In this document: piece after piece, positions 10,233-24,104 of the stretch
Position numbering within the stretch: the first letter of the stretch is position 1
Layout of the letters: each line of letters opens with the position of its first letter
NCBI RefSeq assembly: GCF_964275005.1
Contig: NC_092705.1
Coordinates: 2,914,001-2,976,000 of the forward strand
From: Diadema setosum
Lineage: Eukaryota
DNA length: 62,000 nt
Direction: 5' to 3'
The notes under the pieces: model-generated
Database searches by the model: none
What the model saw: the letters and a program-made list of their open reading frames with translations, nothing else
What the model was told of the DNA's origin: nothing
Program-made: the position numbers and the translations under genes

Positions 10233-11420
10233 TAAAAATGCGCATGATGATTTCGGGTTTTACAATAAAACTTGTCTCTATATCTGGCAGTACTGAGAAC
10301 AAAAAGGGCACAAATGGCACAGAACACTACGTAATGCTTGCTTCACCTATCATACTAGAAGTTTTCCCATTGTTGCAAGCAGAAGGCCGTAGATTGTGCT
10401 GGCTGCCAACCTTTTCTCCCCCAAAGAGAGAGAAAAAAAAAAACAACCCAGGGAATCTCCCAGATCTTTCATTGGCAGCTGATTGCTCTGAGAAATCGAG
10501 TCTCGGTGTCTTCAGCGAAAGTCGAGAGGAAGAAAGAAGTCGGCAGTCGTTTAGCGGTCGCGCGAATCGTGTCCCAGTGCGTGATCGTCTGAAGTGGAGC
10601 CATCAAGCCTCGTGTGCCGCTCAATTACGCCGTAACTGGGCAAATTTACATCCAGTTGACTGCAATTCTGCAGAGTTATTTCCTCTCCCGCTCGAAATCA
10701 GTTTAAGGCTGCTATTTTGGGGGGATGCCACAAACCAATTGATTTTATATGTTGTTGTTGCTTTGTGTTATTTTCCGATGGGTCATTTTGTTGTTGTTGT
10801 TGTTGTTGTTGTTGTGGTTATGGTTGTTTTGGATCGAAGTTAAATGTACAGGAAGTGTTGGCAGAGAAGGATTTTGAACCCAGGTTGAAGGTGCAAAAGG
10901 GCATAATTGACAGACCAGATTGTTTGTTTGTTTGTTTTTTTTACAAAGTTTTGCAAAGTTGTAGAAGTTAATGGTCAAAGATCAATGATGATATTCCCAA
11001 GTTGCCTTACAATAGCAAGGGGACTTTTCTGGATAAAGTTGATTCATCTGCAGTTGATATCAATGTTTATGTTTTGCCAACATTATGTGACGAAAAGTAT
11101 CTTATGCAGGTACATTTGTAAGTCAGTTTTGTATTTGATGTGTGCATTGTCAATATTTATGATGATGTGAATGAGAATTGTAAATGTGGTCAGGGGGAAA
11201 CACAGTTTGTTTTTTCGGTGTATTGACTCTATGAGAAAAGAAACAAAGAAATTGTGTTAATTGTTCTTCAGTGCTCTGCCCTTCCCTTGAGGTATGGATG
11301 TGCAAAAGTGTAGCTGACAACAAGAATGCATGCAAAGATGATGCTACTGCTCCAACTCTTCATTCCCCCCCCCCCCCAGAAGTGCCCAAGATAATCACAG
11401 AGTCCCAAACCCCAGGTTTC

Positions 11421-11668
11421 TGACATATCCAAAAACAAAGCAAAACAAAGTGGTCCTAATAAAAGGTTGGTCCCACCTTTTATTACCTTCACTTTGTTTT
11501 TGGATATCTTGGCCATTTCAAAACCAATTTTCATCAATTAACTTTTAATTTCTCTTTGAATTGTATGTACTTTAAAATTTCATATAAGTGGTTTTTAATT
11601 AGCCAAAAAAAAAAAAGAGAGAAAAAAAAACCCTGAATCCCCATCTCAACCAAGACTGTACCATCCTT
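11421..11668. mobile_element. Kolobok-like MITE, centre and right half only
   Basis: ATATCCAAAAACAAAGCAAAACAAAGTGGTCCTAATAAAAGGTTGGTCCCACCTTTTATT ... CCCCATCTCAACCAAGACTGTACCATCCTT|TTAA matches the 3247-3634 family. Confidence 0.85.
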
Positions 11669-11759
11669 TTAAATTAGAGGTCCTCCTGCTTGGAACCCTT
11701 AGCAGGCTGGAGGTTCTGATTGCCCAAAACATGTGCAGGGTATTATGTGGTGCACATAA

Positions 11760-12052
11760 CAAGCACGAAGCGCAGTGTCCATGGCTGCTGGGTTCGAGGG
11801 CCCTGGAAGCTTTAGGGTTATTGATGCTCTCTGGTGCTATCCTAGCCTACTTCGTGCACATTATAATGTTATGAGAAAAACAAAAATTTGGCAGGAGAAA
11901 GCTAAATTTTAAGCAGGAGAAAATACAAGTTAAGTGGGAGGCACACAAATGGAGCAGGAAAAAATCAGACTCCAGCAGGAAAGAGGGAGATTTTGCAAAA
12001 AAAAAAAAAAAAAAAAAAAAATGTCCCTAAAGCAGGAGAGTTGGAGTCTCTG
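11760..12052. mobile_element. Fragment of a probable hAT-like non-autonomous element with GCAGGA(G) subterminal repeats
   Basis: The right end GGAGAGTTGGAGTCTCTG reads CAGAGACTCCAACT on the other strand, and GCAGGA occurs five times in 11890-12040. The upstream block GCACGAAGCG...GGGCCCTGGAAGCTTTAGGG...GATGCTCTCTGGTGCTATC resembles an interspersed repeat I recall from sea urchin genomes (recollection, not searched). Confidence 0.45.
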
Positions 12053-12479
12053 CAGACACACACAGACACAGATACACACAGATACAGACAGACATACTCA
12101 TACTGAAGGTCCTGTTACAGGATCTGTTCGTATTAAGGAGACTGTAGTGTGTGTTGGAGACTAATGTGTGTCACCTGATGTGTCCTTGGCAATAGAAATC
12201 TATGCATGGTGATGCTGTGTTTACAAACTGTGAATGTCAGCAGAGCTGCAAATATCCCCTATAATGCGGGAGGCTCCCTTAAAACTTAAATATCACTCTG
12301 TGTCCTTACAAGCGAATACAGAAGCCTCTCTCACTTGGGATTTTTTTTTTTTTTTTTTTTTGGGGGGGGGGGGAGGGGTGCTTATTGAGATTCACATATA
12401 TGACACACATATATCTCTGTGATTGCTCTAGGAACCTCCCTGAAGTCAATGTGTGAATGATGGCTGCCCCATACAATTA

Positions 12480-12680
12480 CTGTAAAAGGAGAAATTTTTG
12501 CGAATTATTTTTTAAATTTTTTCCCCCCGCACTGCCAGGTAAGATATATTTTGAATTCATTTCTGTAGGACCATAATATAATATCACATATAAGTAAACA
12601 GAATATTTGCATGCTTTTAATTTTGTGCTAGCTTCATGTTGCTCAAAATCTCCAAAACATTTCTGTGCCGTGAAAATTTG
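12480..12680. mobile_element. Degenerate TA|CTGTAAAA-type MITE
   Basis: TACTGTAAAAGGAGAAATTTTTGCG...ATATTTGCATGCTTTTAATTTTGTG...CGTGAAAATT. Confidence 0.5.
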
Positions 12681-14571
12681 CGCATTAACTTTAGAATCAT
12701 ACTTCAGTGCCTCGCCCCCAAGGGTTTAATATCTCAACGTGTAGGTTCGCATCGATTTGGAGCAAGTGGGTTTACTTTGAAGACTTTGCGCATCATCCAG
12801 ACTGAATGTCATGCAGAAAAAAAATGCTTGTTCTTCAGAGTCATGGCGAGAAAAGCGACTTTGCAGCAGCACACTCAGTGGTTGCTGTCCCTTGTGGCGT
12901 GTGAATGAGAGCGCTCGATAGGAGCACATTTTGCAAGCACATATCAATAAAAAAAAGGGGAGTGTATAAAACCATTCCCTTTCTCTTCCCTCCCATGTTT
13001 GACCTGCTTCGAAATTGCACCCCAAACTTTCCCTTCCATGGTGGCCGAGATGCTGCGGTTGGGAAACATTGATTGAAGCAGGCAGTGGAAAAAGACAAAC
13101 ATCATCCGCTTGATTGACCTTTTCCAGTCACTCAATTCTTGCGCTTCCTTCCTGCCGCTCCGTCGGCAAACTCCCTCCCCCCTTCCGCCCTCCACGGTTC
13201 TCTTTTTTTTTTCTTCTTTTTCTTTTATTCCGGTCCATTGATGTCTTTGCCCTGTTGCATCTGTGAGCTTATCAATACCGACTTCCCATACTCCGCACAC
13301 TTCACATCGCAATGAGCTTTAGCGCAGTCGGCGTGTGATACCTTCTATCTGGACCTGCGGTAATGATGGAGTGTCAGATGAGGGACTTGTCACGTCGCTC
13401 ATTATCTGCTCTCTCTCTCTCTCTCCCTCTTTCTCCTCTCTCTCTCGCATTCTCTTCTTTTGCCACATCTGTTATTTATGCTGGAGAGAGATTGAGTCTG
13501 AATACATTATTCCTTTAAAACAAACAAGTAAAAGTGATATAGGACATTCAATCATTTTTGCAATATTTTGTCTATTGCATCAATGCAAGTAAGCATGTCA
13601 ACCGATGCGTTCCTTTCAAATTCACATTCCTGGCCTTGTATTCCAGTGCTGAAGAAGGTATTGCACTCACCTCTTAAAATCTCTGTCTCTAGATTTCTTT
13701 TATTGAACTTGCATTCGTAACCATGGCAAGAGTATCTGAAATGAATGACTTTAGATATAAATCCTGATATGATTGATATGTTGGAGTAAAATTTCCTTCA
13801 AGATTCATGCCCATTTTGTCCCCCCCCCCCTTCCCACAGAAGAAGTCAACAGATAATTCTGGATGTACATGTTGAAAAATTACTGCTGTATATATAATCT
13901 TGATCCATGAGCTGAGGAAATAGTGGCGTATCTTTATATTCATTTATTCATTTATTTATATTTTTTTCGTTTTAATGCAGTTATTTGCATCACAGAATCG
14001 ATTCAGGCATCTGTAAGCTTTCATAAGACAGTGATTAGGCAATTAAAGGTGATAAAAGCTTGTACCAGCAGTATACAGGTAGCAGACAAGTATCTGCTTT
14101 CGTAGCCAGGGGGCAACTCGATGCGCAATTGATGGAAAGCGCGCAGTTTGACCCAGAAAGAGACTCGGGGTATTTGATGCGGGATTGTTGCATCATTGGA
14201 CAGGAAGGGGAAGTTTCCTGTGGCTGATGTATATCAAGCGTTTTCTTGTGTTTTTTCTTTTTTCCTTTTTGAGAACAGCATTTTTGTGAGCTGCAGAAAA
14301 GATAGAATGAGCAGAAAGATGCCATGATCATCACTCAGTGGAATTCTTTGCCTACAACCTGTAGGAAGATGGGGTGATCACTGCTAAGCAGAATTCTCAG
14401 CCTAGATGCCTACTATTTGAATGCCGGAGGGTGAAACATCGAGCATCCGGCCCCAAATGCGGATGAGGAATGTGAAACTGGTGCACGTTATACTTTCTGG
14501 AGCTGTATCTACATTGTATCTTTGTAGGCATTGATATCAAGGGACAAGTGTAAAACACCATCAGACCCTTA

Positions 14572-14654
14572 CCCTATTGAGGACGGGCTGATTTTGCTAT
14601 AACACACGTTTCCCATAGACACCAGCCTGAGTATACTCGGGACTCGTCAATGGG
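14572..14654. mobile_element. piggyBac-like mini-MITE
   Basis: CCCTATTGAGGACGGGCTGATTTTGCTA...GGACTCGTCAATGGG|TTAA. Confidence 0.85.
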
Positions 14655-17555
14655 TTAAGATGTGAATTGAAGACATCTTTAGGTTTCTCCCCAATGCCAG
14701 GTGAGCAGGACTTTGAAATGAAAAAAAAAAATGTATACATACATTAATTTTGTTGTTAATGAGTTTACTAATTTCAAGGTCTATGTGATGTTCCCTTAAA
14801 CATCGTTGCCTTGGAGTTTTAAATCCTTAAAAACAGCAACTTACTCAGCAACTTTGGGGTTTTTTGTAATACAGGGTCACAGTATACACAGACAACATAT
14901 GTAGTTATTGAAGACAATTTCTGTAGGATTGGACAAGTCATATCCATATCTTCTCTAACCTGAGAGGTAACAGCAGTGAAGTTGTCCCCAATTATATCAC
15001 TGTTACTGAATGCAAAGGAAAGTTGTTTTCATTCTTATTTTTGTGCATTCCTGTTTTTGTTTTGTTTTACCAAAATTGATATCTGTTTTCCACCTGTAGG
15101 ACACTGTTGCGTTTTTTTGTCTGGAGTTCTGCCTTTGTTTGAGTAGTTTCAAATGTCCACTCGGCCCTCTGTCAACAAGGCTGACTGGATGAAGAGATGA
15201 GAGAGAAGAAAGAGAGAGGGAGACAGAAAACCCTTATAGACGAGGGAACAGCATGCACTTTTGCTGATGTGATAACCCGACCTGTCCAAATACGTCCATC
15301 TCACTTCAACGGGCGGAGATCCGGAAGAGTCAAAACTGTGGAAATTGTTTTTGGGGCGGAGGATGCGGGACAGGACGAGAGGGGATGTGGCAACGTTTTT
15401 CTGTCAATAGCCCGTGACGGCAGTGACAACATCTCGTGAAATGCGCGTGCCCGATCTTTGACAAGGGGCAAGGAAGATGGACGGACAGGCCAGACGGAAA
15501 TATCTGCTCAGTCACGTGCATTCGACGACTCAATTTCTTCAGTCTTCTTTCTTCACAATTCAAAAAAGAAACTCCAAAAAACAATGAGAAAATAAGCAAC
15601 AGGTTTTATAGACCTAGAAAAAATAAAGCCGTAAAGAAAGTTAGAAACCAATTCCAGGAAAAACAAATCCCAAGAGTCTTTTCCAAAGTGCAGGTGCTCT
15701 CCATCTATATTGATTTCAAATTCTCTGTAGAATTCCCCATTCATTCTTTAGTTGTAAAGACTTGTGTAGCACGTCTCAGAAAGTTATTAAAGTGTGCTTG
15801 TAGGATATTATACGCAGAAGATTCTGGGGTTAATGGGGACTGATGGAGCCTGGCATGAAAAAGCGCATTTCACCATGGCAGAATTATGAATCACAAATTG
15901 AATATGATGGTGGTGAGGGGCTTGAAATTATGAAATACTTGAATTTCCTCTTCATTCCAAACACTGCTACTTCATTTTCAAGTGACAAACTGTGGGAGTC
16001 GATAGATTTTGGAATCTGCTCCCACAAAGAATAAGTGTTTGACATGCATGATCTTTGTTAGGCACAGTTCCTGACTTTTATTTTATGTAATTTCAGAGTG
16101 GCCCATAATGCTAATGTGTAAAAAGTGTAAAAGGGTAAGAAATCACCTGAGGATCAGGTGCAGTGAAATGCTAGCTTGCAGCTTTACTCCTGATTTTTCA
16201 GAATTGGGCTCATGTGCTAGCCATTTTTTTAGATCCTTTTTGATAGATTTTTTTTTCTTCAAATAAGATATGACAAATAATGGTTCAGTAGAAATCATAG
16301 AGTCTTGGGAAATACCACGACTTGAAAAATCAAATGTTATTTTTTTTTTATTATATTTTCATCAGAACATTATATGAAAAATACAAATGCATTTCATTTT
16401 CTTTCAGTACATAATTCCCCTGTTTCAAAGGAAATAGATTTATACTACGGTATTATTATTTGTATTGTCCACTTTTTGATACTTTTGATGCTTCGTTGTA
16501 TCTGTGTGTGTCTGTCTGTGTGTGTGTGTGTGTCTGTGTGTTTGATGGACTGTTCTTGGTTTTGTTTGTGTGGCAGTACTTAGTGTATTTTGCATTGAAA
16601 TCGACTTGGATGTAGCGCATATTGATCTTTCCCTTTATCCCATAGTGATGAGAGGACAGGAGTAAGTCTCTCAATGACATGTTGCCATGGTTGTTATGAA
16701 TGTAACAACCCTTTGTGTACCACCCCCCCCCCCCCATGTCTGTTAGATGGCTGAATAGGTGAGAAATTTATCTGATGCGTGTAGGTGTGAGAGCATAGGG
16801 TTACGGGCGTGCAATTTCAGAGATTGTGCAGAGGTGTAATGTTCCGCCGCCCTTGGTTGGTTGCTCACTCAATGCCGTTGTAGGGATTAGATGGCAGTCA
16901 AGGGGCCTTGCCATGGTGTGTGGGTAATTGCATGGACACTGGCCGTAGGGGATTGTAGGTGTCGACTGTACTCCCCTAGGGGTGCAGTGCGATGATTCTT
17001 TAATATCTACTTTAGATAATGAGCTGTCATTCAGTCATGTACTACAGTTACATAGAAAAAAAAGACCAGTAATTCCTGGCTGCTGCTAGTCCAAGCTTTA
17101 TCAATGGACTTATGATTATGAGGTCTGCAATGATAAGAACATTAGGGGTAACAGTGATTGTTGTACTATTATCTTCCGGAGTGACACAGAATGTCAAAAT
17201 ACTCAAAAGATGTAGCACTTATAGGGATAGACAGAATAATGGGAAAGTAGTTTGAAGTGTTAAAAGTCCCAGATTTTGACCTTGCCAAGTTATTCAGAGA
17301 TCAAGTTTGATAATGACATAAGTGATGGTAATGATGATAGCAATCATAATTTTGATAATGATAATTATAACAGAATCATTGAAAGTTATTGATTGAGCAA
17401 AGAAAGTGGAATTCCATGGGGAATGATGGAATGATGGTGGAATGATAGAATGATAATAATTATAAGAAGTATCAGAATGCTAATAAAGAGTAATAAAATA
17501 ATATAATATAATCAGCGATGAGTGAAGAGGGACATTGTGGGTGAGAGATGATGAT

Positions 17556-17619
17556 GGGGAAAGAACTCCAAACCTCATGTGTTAGACTCCAAAGCCTCAA
17601 CCACACAGCCACAGTGCCT
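17556..17619 (-). mobile_element. Degenerate tRNA-derived SINE head
   Basis: The minus strand reads GGCACTGTGGCTGTGTGGTTGAGGCTTTGGAGTCTAACACATGAGGTTTGGAGTTCTTTCCCC: A-box-like TGGCTGTGTGG and a decayed B-box at tRNA spacing. Confidence 0.4.
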
Positions 17620-20600
17620 TCACTTTTAAAGAACAAAGCTTGGATACCTATTCTAATGTACCCTGAACTAGTTTCTAGATGGACATAATATTTCCGTAGT
17701 TGAAGAGTTTGGAGAAAAACAAAATTCCTACAGTTAGATTGTAATCCTGCACAGCATCTTGTCAGTTAAACAAACAGTATTCACAAACGCTAGACTAGTC
17801 TCCCTTTTCCACTTCCGCTTCCGTGTTTTTTTCTCTTTCCCTTCCATGCGCCCCTACACTTCCTCTCGATGAAACCAAAAGAAGTATAGCGATGTCGCAG
17901 GATTCCGTCTGCATCTGTAGCGTCACCTGATTCTAGTGCCCTAATGAGGGTAATACTTCCCACCGGGCCAATGAATGGCCCTGTCCGACATACCGTTCGG
18001 TGTCGCTAATTGGTTTGGCCGCATGTGCGGCTCTCCTTTGCCGTGCCATTTACGCAATGCTGGCCTCGACGCGACACGGCGATCCGTAGCTCCTATTCCC
18101 CCCTCACCCCTGTCTCCCGACCCCTCCCTGTCCTCAGACACCTTCCTGTGTGATGACGAGAGCGGTGAGCGGTGAGGGGAGATCACACGAGCCAGCGTCA
18201 GAGGCAGACCATTGTCGTGCTGAAGGACAAACACGTGCTCAGACATTAATCAGTCCTTCTGGCAGGAGAAGTGGGATTTTTTTCTCTCTATCTTTCTTGT
18301 CTCTTTTTGCCCTCCCCCACCCCACCCACGTCCTCTTCCATCTCTTCATCTTTCATGGTAAAGATGTGATGTTCAGCCTGTTCCGATGAAAAGCTGAGTC
18401 AGGAGCTTCCTGCCCTGTATATTACCAAATACTGCCATCTCCTCTACATTCTTTTTTTTTTGTGTGTGTCCAATGATTCTTCTTCAGATCTTCAGGATAT
18501 TTCTTTATTCATCTATTCTTTTCATGTTGAAATCTCTCTTTCTCCCTCTTTTGGGTCACAAAGCCTCTTGCCACATTAGATAAACCTCAAGGTGAAGGGG
18601 GGGGGGGAGCAGTGAGGTACTTTTAGAGATTCAAACAAGTCACATACAAGTGCATACTGGATGATGAGGTACTCAAGGCTAATTGTGTATCAATGGGAAA
18701 ATGTTATGCCATTTGCAAAGGGCTGTGATGTCAGTGTACAGTTTAAAAGTCAATGAGTAAAGTCACTGGATTAAAGAGCCATAAGCCTCGGTTCCATGTA
18801 GGTGCCATACTGCATCCCAATGTTACTTGTGGTAATGTTTCTGCTCAATCCAAACTTCTTTGCGTATTGGCAGTAAAGTGATTAATGGTGTGAGAACAAT
18901 TAATATCATGCAGATCTGAAAACATAAAGCTTAATGTCAATTTTTGTGTGGTATTGCACACCTTTAGTAATACTATTTGTTAACCATTGAAAAGGACTCA
19001 AGTAACAAATTTGGCATTCTCTTCCGAGTGACTTTCTCTCTGAAGAACAGTCATGTTGCTTGAACCTGCTTTCTTTTTTCATTCTGAAAGCTCACAGCAC
19101 ATGTGTTGTCACAGAAACGAATCTATGCATCTAATTTGAATACCCCCCCCCCCCTCCATTTTACAAGGTTCACATGGTGAACATGACATTTAGACGTCGC
19201 GATGAATGGAACATTTCCTGCGGCCTGCAGCTTTTGTCGTATCGCAGCTAGCGTCACGGCACCGTCGTCTGTAACTCGCGGCAAGGTTATTGCTGTCATG
19301 TGAGTTTACTGGCTCGACGGCACCGGTACCCCATCCCCCCCACAATCCCCATTCCCTGGTAACGTGAGACACTTGCTTTTGGCGTGGTTGCCAAGCGGCC
19401 TGCCGCTGCCCGGGCCGCACACTCGCGCAGGCAAACAGGTGTTGTCCTCCGCAAGAGAAAGAGAGAGTGAGGATCTGGAGTGAAGTGGCAAGGTCTTGTC
19501 TTTGTCTGTTCTCTCTTGTTTCATCTCTTGTCATCGTTTGTCTCCTGATGGCGCTCCTCGAGGCGCTACCGAACATATTCACTGGGAAAAAAGAGCATGA
19601 TAATGACAGAGAAGAGATAGTGAAGGAGTTGAGTTAACTCTTTATGCGCCATGGTGTAAATCCCCTGTGTGCCACATTATTCTGAGGCTGCATGCAGACA
19701 TGCTTTGGGAAAACATTCTGTTTATCAAATCCATGTAACTTCTTATACGTTTTTGTTTTGGTGGACATGCAATGAATAAAGTTGTAGAAAAAAAACAAAC
19801 ACAAGCTTTCCTGTGATGTAAATGTCATGACAAATTTATGATTACTTTTCTTTCAAATGACTAGTAGCTGTAATAGTGTACAAACATGACCTTTGCACAC
19901 AAAACATTGACAGAAACTTCAAATTTGCACAAATATCCAATCGGATGACATCCCTTTACATTCAATCACCACATAATAAGAGCTGCATTAGAGAGAAACA
20001 GAATTGTAAGTGATGCTTTCATTGCAATGTGGAATTTGGTGATTTATCGATCGGTTTGGGTGGGATTGTGCATTTTAGCAAAATATGAGAACCTGTCACG
20101 CCTTCTACTGAGTCAAACGTGTGAATGTTGCATGTATGGAGTTAAAGAGAGAGACAGGCAAAGAGCGAAGTTGCCCAATTTATACAGAATATCAGGCTTA
20201 GGAGCACTCCTGAAGTGCTTTGCCTTACGCCCCTTTGAGTTAATTCGCAAATAGCACATGACCCACAAAATTCGCAAAAATAAGAACCCTCGAAATATTT
20301 GGTACATACAGTATGTCACAATGTGCTCAAGAAGATGAGAGCATGATTTCAACCCGCTCGACTTTGGCGTCGTCGATTAGTCCGGGCAAGTCAAGAAGAG
20401 AGGATTTTTTGCTCATTTCTCCGTGGCGCGAGTTTTGAGCGCCCTCTGGGACAGGCGCTTGTCGAATGTCGACAGAGGATATGGTGAAATTCTTCTGGCA
20501 CGCTGTGAAGTCACAAGCAGAGTCATGAGAAATGAAGGAGGGATTTCTGGATGGATTAGGGATTTTATGGATGGGTCGGGCGACCTTCGAGTTCATCGCC

Positions 20601-21024
20601 GACCACGTGAGGTCTGCTCACCCAAGAAGTAGACAACGATCTGCTATTACTTGCCATCAACACCGTGTCCAAGGGACCAGGCATCACGGGCCCAAGAAAC
20701 CAGCACTGAGCGAGGGAGACAACGGTTGTATGAACTCAGAATATTACTTCAATCACACGCTTGAAACAAGGGAAAAAAGACTGTGTTTTAAAGCCTCATG
20801 TCTCCGAGAAATAAATCTCGGCAAACATGCACATATAATCAACTTAAACACTCTTACTTAAATCACCTGAAGTAAGTCAAAAAGAACCTGAGTTTATTTC
20901 TGCTCACTTTAACTAACCCCTTAGTTATCATATGAAAATATTTGTCAAAGATAATAAACTTGGAGTCAAGTCTGTGTCTGTCATATGAAACAGTGTATGT
21001 GGTTCATTTGCATAGAATATAGTG

Positions 21025-21202
21025 CTGTAAAATGGCAAATCTTTTGCTTTGGCGTGTAAGGTGAATTTCATGTTTTGTTTTGTTTTTTTATTTATCCTGG
21101 GAAATCAAAATATAAGGTAGTATTACATACAACAAGCAAAACATTTGTGTATTCTTATTTAGGAGCTAGTTTCATGTTGCTTGAATATTTCCACTTTTAC
21201 AG
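21025..21202. mobile_element. Degenerate CTGTAAAA...TTTTACAG|TA MITE
   Basis: CTGTAAAATGGCAAAT / ATTTCCACTTTTACAG terminal inverted repeat. Confidence 0.55.
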
Positions 21203-22124
21203 TATTGGTTTTCTTTTAAAGAAAAACAGTATGACTTGAGCTTCATCGCTTTTGCTTGAGAATTATTTTAGAATTTGAGAATTCAGTATGCATGGATATC
21301 GCGAGTAATGTCGGTTTGTTAGATCTTTGCCAGCGATTCAGTAAAAAAACATACTCGGGAATCCTGACTGAAGTTTTGAAGTTTTAATTGCCCCCAAACT
21401 TCTTTCTTGGTCATATCTTTTTCTTTTTTTTTGTGGGGGGATCATTTTTTTTCCAGAGCATATTTTTCTCTTCGCATCTTTAATATTGAAATTATCTTTG
21501 ACGAGATATGGTCAAAGCCAGGAACGGTGGCAGCTGGCATCTGTGGGCGTATGATTACTACCGTCTTTACGAGGTTCATGCCCGATGTGACAGTTGTTCT
21601 ACTTCTCTTGTGACTTTCATATTGCTCTCACAAGGTTAATTTAGGACAATCGTCGTGCATTTTGCTAAAGTGAGTCACGTTCAAACTCCCCATATGCATG
21701 CCGCCGCTTTTGGTGAATTAAGCCGAAAGTGCTTTCCTTGTACTGAGGACTTGGCAGGAATCCAAGCGTAGTCCCTTTCAATTGTCATTAGTACGGTACT
21801 TACAGTGTGAAGGATGAAGAAATGAAGCAATGAATATACATGTGATATTTCTTTTCTTTCTTTTTTCCTTTTCTCATCCCAATTCATGAACCAAATTTGC
21901 ATTTAGATGGAGATGCTTAAAACTACTTCTTTCCGCCGTTAACTGTGTCTTTTGGCTTTGAGAAAACCATTCCACCAATCCTAATTAGGCATTTGAGAAT
22001 CTTTTACTTCTTTGTGAGAGTGGTTTTATGACTTTCTTTTTAAAGTTTTAAAAGTTCTTATCATACTTTGTTTTTCCTTTCCCAGAATACATATATGAGA
22101 TATAAAACAAATTGTTGTTGTTTG

Positions 22125-22560
22125 TTTTTATTTCTGAAACAATGAAATCATATACAAGATAAACAGTGTTGAACATGACATAACTGAAACATGAATCAAG
22201 ATTGAAGTATCAAAACACAATGAAAACAAGTTGACATGTGACAATGATGATAACATGTAACGGTGGATAGCCCATTTCAGATCTATCAACATGGTAGATC
22301 TGTTCTTCCATGGGGTCCAAGATTTATAAACCTATATAATAACTAACATGTCTTTAATTTATACCAAACATAATATCTAAAATCATATCACAAAACAATC
22401 CCTCAGATGCAATTTTTGTTTTTGCTTTTCTGCTTTTTGTTAAGGGATAGGATAAGTTCTTACTGAGAATAAAGCGAACTTGTAACTGCAATTCTAGCCT
22501 ACAATTAGTTCTTAGTTTGTCATTAACTAAACATTGTGACATTGGAATATTTCATTAAAA
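22125..22560 (-). mobile_element. Old LINE (L2/Crack-group) 3' end remnant
   Basis: The minus strand has a TGGACCCCATGGAAGAACAG...CTGAAATGGGCTATCC stem-loop, then TG-rich sequence and AATAAAA. This resembles L2/Crack 3' tails. No intact ORF. Confidence 0.45.
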
Positions 22561-22683
22561 AAAGATACTATATTCCATCTTTTAAGTTCATCATTAACAT
22601 TGAGTTTAGTAAATTTGATAAGCACATAACCGCGAGTGACTTGAGAAGTGGCAATATCATCATTTCATCTTATAGGTTTACAT

Positions 22684-22935
22684 ATGAAGAGTTTGTTCGC
22701 AAAAACCGATAAGTCCATTTTTGAAGATTTTGAAGTACGGTCTCTGTCATAAAGTACAAAATAATACCTTTTAAATGATATATTGATCACTACATATAAA
22801 GGTACATTTTTGAAGTTATGGTCAAAAGAAGCAAAAATTTTCTTATTATTCTCCTTATTTTTCTTGACCTTTAATCGCAAATATCTCCATTTGGCAAATA
22901 TGGACTTATCGGTTTTTTGCAAACAAACTCTTCAT
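22684..22935. mobile_element. 252-bp MITE with ~35-bp TIRs, superfamily unassigned
   Basis: ATGAAGAGTTTGTTCGCAAAAACCGATAAGTCCAT / ATGGACTTATCGGTTTTTTGCAAACAAACTCTTCAT. Confidence 0.88.
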
Positions 22936-23507
22936 GTTTGTTACACTAAGAAAAAAGAAAAACCTTTGTGATACTTTACTACTATGTCAAATATTAACCA
23001 TTTTACAACTGTCTCAGGTTGTAATTAAACATTAACTATCCTGTTTGCTTGATTTTTCACTTTTTCACTCAAAACCTCAATGTGATTGTGGAGTAGGGTT
23101 TTCCCCCAAAGCCACTTTAAAAGCACATGTTGTTGCCGAGAGTGAGATGCAATTATGATCATTCAGTCCACAAACTGCAAGTTGTATGTGTAGATGGCTT
23201 AATAAGCTTTCTTGAGTACCGAAGTACGATATCTTGTAATCTCCAAACAAGTTCTTGCCTGGAGATATACATTTCCGAGAAAACGTGAACAACTGAAATG
23301 AAAGAGTCTAATGATGATGACAAAAACACCTCGACATTCTTGCAGCATTCATTTCTGCCAGCGAGGACACTTTTGATATATATATATATGCAATCATTAT
23401 TAAAAAGAAGCGTGCAAATGAGAAAATACATTACCACACAGTAATTCATCTGCAATGGACACAGGGAGGCCGGTGATAGGTACTGATATATCGCTTGAAA
23501 TATCATT

Positions 23508-23939
23508 AGCTTCTGAAGGCCCCCTGATATCCAGTGCCAGTCCTGTGTCCATAGCAATGAATAGGAGGTCTTTACATAACAAGTGTTTTGTTTGTTTGTT
23601 TGTGTGTGTGTGTGGTTTTTTTTTTTTTTTTTCAAATTTAAGCCAGAATTTCAAAGGAAAGAGTTGCAGAGCTTTCAAAGTGATGAATAATTCGTCAAAC
23701 TCGGATGATTTGAACTGACTAGCTTCTGAAGGCCCCCTGATATCCACTGCCAGTCCTGTGTCCATAGCAATGAATAGGAGGTCTTCACTTAACAAGTGTT
23801 TTGTTTGTTTGTTGGTTTGCTTGTGTGTGTGTGTGTGAGTGTGTGTGTTTTCAAATTTAAGCCAGAATTTCAAACGAAAGAGTTGCAGAGCTTTCAAAGT
23901 GATGAATAATTTGTCAGACTCGGATGATTTGAATTGACT
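23508..23939 (+). repeat. Local tandem duplication, two units of ~215 bp (23508-23720 and 23721-23939)
   Basis: AGCTTCTGAAGGCCCCCTGATATCCA...TCGGATGATTTGAA(C/T)TGACT is repeated head to tail. The units differ mainly in an internal microsatellite. Confidence 0.95.
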
Positions 23940-24104
23940 CAAAGGAGTGATTGGCAAGATCAAACCTTGGAGTAAGAGATTGTCATCAAGCAGATATGGA
24001 CTTGCGTTTTCTTTGTATTGTCTCCCTCTGTACAAATGAGTGTTGTGAAATCTCAACTGGTGATCTACATTTTGCTTTATAATCTACTCCAATGATCTAT
24101 ATAT

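Noticed and set aside
10196..10843. 215-aa ORF
   Set aside because: Starts inside a piggyBac-like mini-MITE, runs through an A-tract and ends in (GTT)n. No recognisable domain.
19634..19995. Possible larger piggyBac-like MITE (TTAA|CTCTTTATGC...GCATTAGAGAG)
   Set aside because: The TIR is short and imperfect, the right TTAA is missing, and there is no second copy in the window.
23400..24056. 218-aa minus-strand ORF with an internal repeat
   Set aside because: The repeat is the local DNA tandem duplication plus microsatellite translation (THTH, QTNK).
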